This document shows positions 61,334-64,000 of a stretch of 64,000 bases of DNA, in pieces. The first letter of the stretch is position 1. Every line of letters begins with the position of its first letter. The notes below the pieces were generated by a model. That model had not been told where the DNA came from and searched no databases. It worked only from the letters and a program-made list of their open reading frames with translations. The translations under genes and the position numbers were made by a program. Origin of the DNA: a virus; the IMG/VR virus record IMGVR_UViG_3300035689_000004, positions 1 to 64,000 of that record; one strand, given 5' to 3'.

Positions 61334-64000
61334 ATGGCCATCAATACCCTGCGCCCGCTGCGCCCCCGGCGGGCTATTTTATTGCGCAAAGACGCCCAGT
61401 TTGACTTGTTTGGCGGACAGGCAGAAGTAAAGCCGACAGCGGCGGCCAAGCGCCGGGAGCGAATTGCAGCAGGCTGGGGGGCTAAACCTAAAACCCAGCT
61501 AGGGCTATTTGGGCAGGATGACGATGTACCTGCCACCAAAGGCAAGGTAAAACCTAAGGCGCCTAAGGCACCCGTCGCGCCCAAGGTGCCAGAGGTAAAA
61601 GCGCCAGAGGTAAAAGCACCTGCTACACCTAAGGCGCCGTCTATGGCAGCAAAGGGACCCAAGGAGGGCGACACTCGCATTAACCGGGCAGGCAATCAGG
61701 AAGTATTGCGGGCAGGACGATGGCGGCTAGCCAGCAACCCTAAGGTAGTGGCTAAGGATAAGGGTAGTGCCGCGATCGTCCCGGTGGTTCAGGAGATTAA
61801 GGAGGAGAAGCCGGTAGAGAAACCAGCGGCAGCACCGGCGAAGGTAGAAGAGGTTAAGCCTGAACCCGTTGAGGTGCAGCAAGAGGTGAAGCCCGCCGAG
61901 CCAACTCCCGCGATCGCCGAGGAGAAACCTAGTCAGCAAGGATTGCCCCGGGCAACCATCCACCATGAGCGGCTTAATCGTTTCAAAAATCTTGCCAATA
62001 ACGCTAGTGCGCTTCCCCCGGGTTCTAATAAAGAATCCATGAGAGCCGCTTTCCGGAAACTTTCTGGGGCGGTAAAAGATGAAGACAAAGTAGTACAAAG
62101 ATGGCTGCGCGACTGGGAGAAGGAAGGGCTATCGCCTGATGAGGCGATGCAAAGAGCTTATCGGTATGGTCAAGGGTTAGATCCCGTTCAGTCAGCGGAA
62201 GCACCAGCAACACCCACCACGCCGGAGCAACCTGCCGCTGAGCCAACCCCGGCGATCGCGGTTGATGCTGACTTTGCTTCCACCAAGCAACAGAAGCAGC
62301 GCATCAAGATTAACCAGGATGTAGAGGCTCTGCTTAGCCAGAAGCCGGACGGACCTTATACCAAGGATGAATTAATCCTGCTTGCCAAGTATTCTGGCAA
62401 GGGCGGCATCACTGAAGATGACGGCAGCCTAAGCGAGTACTACACCCGTCCTGACGTTGCCAAGCACCTGACCGATATTCTCTACCAGCATGGATTTAAG
62501 GGCGGTGCCGTCCTAGAACCTAGCTGCGGTAATGGCGTATTTTTGCATCAGTTCAAAGACGATCCCAACGTGTTGCCGGTAGGGGTGGAGCTAAGTGAAA
62601 CCAGCGGCAAGGCGGCGGCAGCCCTGAACCCACACGCCGAAGTGACAGCCGGGGCATCCTTTGAACGGTTCTGCCTAGACAATCCAGACTTTAGCCCTGA
62701 TGCTGTAATCGGCAATGTTCCCTTTGGCACCCGCACCGTAGGCGGCGACCTAGAGGCATTTCGCAAGGTAGGGAAAGGATGGAAGGACAATGGCGACTTT
62801 TTCGTTCATGAAAGCCTATCCAGGCTGAAGCCAAGCGGCATCATGGCATTGATCGTGCCCCATGGCATCACCACCGGCAGCACCCATCAACGCCTGCGGG
62901 AGGAGTTGATGAAGCAAGGGCGGGTGATTGGCGTTCATCGTCTCCCTAATACCGCCTTTGCCCATACCAACACCAAGACTATTACCGATGTGCTGGTAAT
63001 TCAAAAACATCCTGACGTCATCCTTAACGCGATCGCTGACGGGCAGAGTGATGTTATCGCCAAAACCCGAGACGATGCCTTTATCCATGGCAAATACTTT
63101 GAGGCTCACCCCGAACATGTCCTAGGCGAATACCAGGAGACCAGTAACCAGTTTGGCGGTAAGTCATTTACCATCAACGGCAAGATCGAAGACGCGCTTG
63201 CCAGCGCCCAAGGGTTTACGCCAGACGTGAGCTATGACGGGCTACAAACAGATGGGGCGGAGGAGCGATCGCCGCAAAAGGGCGACACCCGTTATATCAA
63301 TGGCAGACTGTACCGGCTAGAGGGTAACCCAGCCCGTTGGCACCTTGTCGAGCAATCTGAACCGGTTGCCGAGGAAGTGGACGCCTCCGGCTATGGTGCT
63401 GAGTCGATGGCAGATGCAGAGGCGCAGCTATTGGATGCGGGGCGACGGGTCCTAATCCACCCAGATAACTTACAGGCATACCGAAACCTTGCCCACCAAC
63501 ACCTACCCAAGGCGGAGGCGATGGCGTTTGATGCCGCGATCGCGGCGAGTAATGCAGCAGGTTCTAGCATCGACAGGGAAAAGCTTGCCCACGCCATGCT
63601 GCTAGCAGACCACATTGAAAGGCTGCAGAAGGGCGATGCGGACCCGATGCAGGTAGAGAAAGCGCTTAACATGCTGCAGGGCTACAGAGAGGCGCACGGC
63701 AACCCCTCGACCGACAAAACATTGATTGGGCTGTCTAGCCAATTCCCTGCGCTGTTGCGGCTACAGGGATGTTTTGACGAGAACGACAAGATCAGTGATT
63801 ACTTCACCGACCATGACAAAGTTACCGCCCAGGTAAAGCGAACCCATAGTGAAGCGGGCGCCGCTATGGCAGAAGCCTATCGCGCCGCCGGGGGCGAAGC
63901 GGTTGACCTGGACATGATCCGAGCTCAGTTAGATACAACGATGACTGATGCGGACCTAGAGGCAACCCTGGTTGCTGATCCAACGGTTGGCTATATCAAT
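61334..64000 (+). CDS. DarB-like N6-adenine methyltransferase (likely helicase fusion), truncated by the window end; absent from ORF track
   Basis: Translated segments in the same frame as ATG 61334: LAKYSGKGG...SLSEYYTRP, GFKGGAVLEPSCGNGVF, VIGNVPFG, YF..HPEHVLGE. Confidence 0.85.
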   Translation, partial: MAINTLRPLRPRRAILLRKDAQFDLFGGQAEVKPTAAAKRRERIAAGWGAKPKTQLGLFGQDDDVPATKGKVKPKAPKAPVAPKVPEVKAPEVKAPATPKAPSMAAKGPKEGDTRINRAGNQEVLRAGRWRLASNPKVVAKDKGSAAIVPVVQEIKEEKPVEKPAAAPAKVEEVKPEPVEVQQEVKPAEPTPAIAEEKPSQQGLPRATIHHERLNRFKNLANNASALPPGSNKESMRAAFRKLSGAVKDEDKVVQRWLRDWEKEGLSPDEAMQRAYRYGQGLDPVQSAEAPATPTTPEQPAAEPTPAIAVDADFASTKQQKQRIKINQDVEALLSQKPDGPYTKDELILLAKYSGKGGITEDDGSLSEYYTRPDVAKHLTDILYQHGFKGGAVLEPSCGNGVFLHQFKDDPNVLPVGVELSETSGKAAAALNPHAEVTAGASFERFCLDNPDFSPDAVIGNVPFGTRTVGGDLEAFRKVGKGWKDNGDFFVHESLSRLKPSGIMALIVPHGITTGSTHQRLREELMKQGRVIGVHRLPNTAFAHTNTKTITDVLVIQKHPDVILNAIADGQSDVIAKTRDDAFIHGKYFEAHPEHVLGEYQETSNQFGGKSFTINGKIEDALASAQGFTPDVSYDGLQTDGAEERSPQKGDTRYINGRLYRLEGNPARWHLVEQSEPVAEEVDASGYGAESMADAEAQLLDAGRRVLIHPDNLQAYRNLAHQHLPKAEAMAFDAAIAASNAAGSSIDREKLAHAMLLADHIERLQKGDADPMQVEKALNMLQGYREAHGNPSTDKTLIGLSSQFPALLRLQGCFDENDKISDYFTDHDKVTAQVKRTHSEAGAAMAEAYRAAGGEAVDLDMIRAQLDTTMTDADLEATLVADPTVGYIN

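Larger units (their letters stand above)
1..64000. mobile_element. Temperate cyanophage/prophage segment with contractile-tail (myovirus-like) morphogenesis genes
   Basis: Tape measure, baseplate J/wedge/spike/LysM, terminase, portal, endolysin, serine integrase and replication initiator present; HIP1 GCGATCGC abundant; no host core genes seen. Confidence 0.93.

Noticed and set aside
1-64000. Apparent CTAG abundance as a special signal
   Set aside because: Plausibly explained by frequent CTA leucine codons; cannot be quantified without computation

Overview
The whole window looks like one large temperate cyanophage with a contractile tail. Cyanobacterial origin is supported by very frequent HIP1 octamers (GCGATCGC), a DUF2811-like protein, an XisF-like serine recombinase and a cyanobacterial-type sigma-70 factor. 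No host housekeeping genes are visible. Gene order: tape measure, DNA methylase, endolysin, baseplate/tail fibre operon (1-25.8 kb); antisense membrane-protein operon and regulators (25.8-30.4 kb); replication initiator (30.5-33.5 kb); large serine recombinase; terminase (minus strand); accessory/regulatory genes; portal and a second fibre cluster; giant SF2 helicase; sigma factor; and a DarB-like methylase that runs off the window and is missing from the ORF track. Major capsid, prohead protease, sheath and tube genes were not recognised. Most notable observations: (1) a Csx3/Crn3 CRISPR ring-nuclease gene with no cas genes or array in the window, in an acr/aca-like unit with a palindromic operator; (2) a shared peptide grammar (LxK[A/S], QLxLF, G[D/E]TR..NG..L..RW) on several otherwise unrelated proteins, suggesting a modular tag for virion-packaged, injected cargo; (3) many self-contained sigma-70 promoter/small gene/terminator cassettes inserted between structural genes; (4) a phage sigma factor with a rewritten -35 recognition helix and a candidate cognate promoter. 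All family assignments are from motif recognition by eye; no searches were run.
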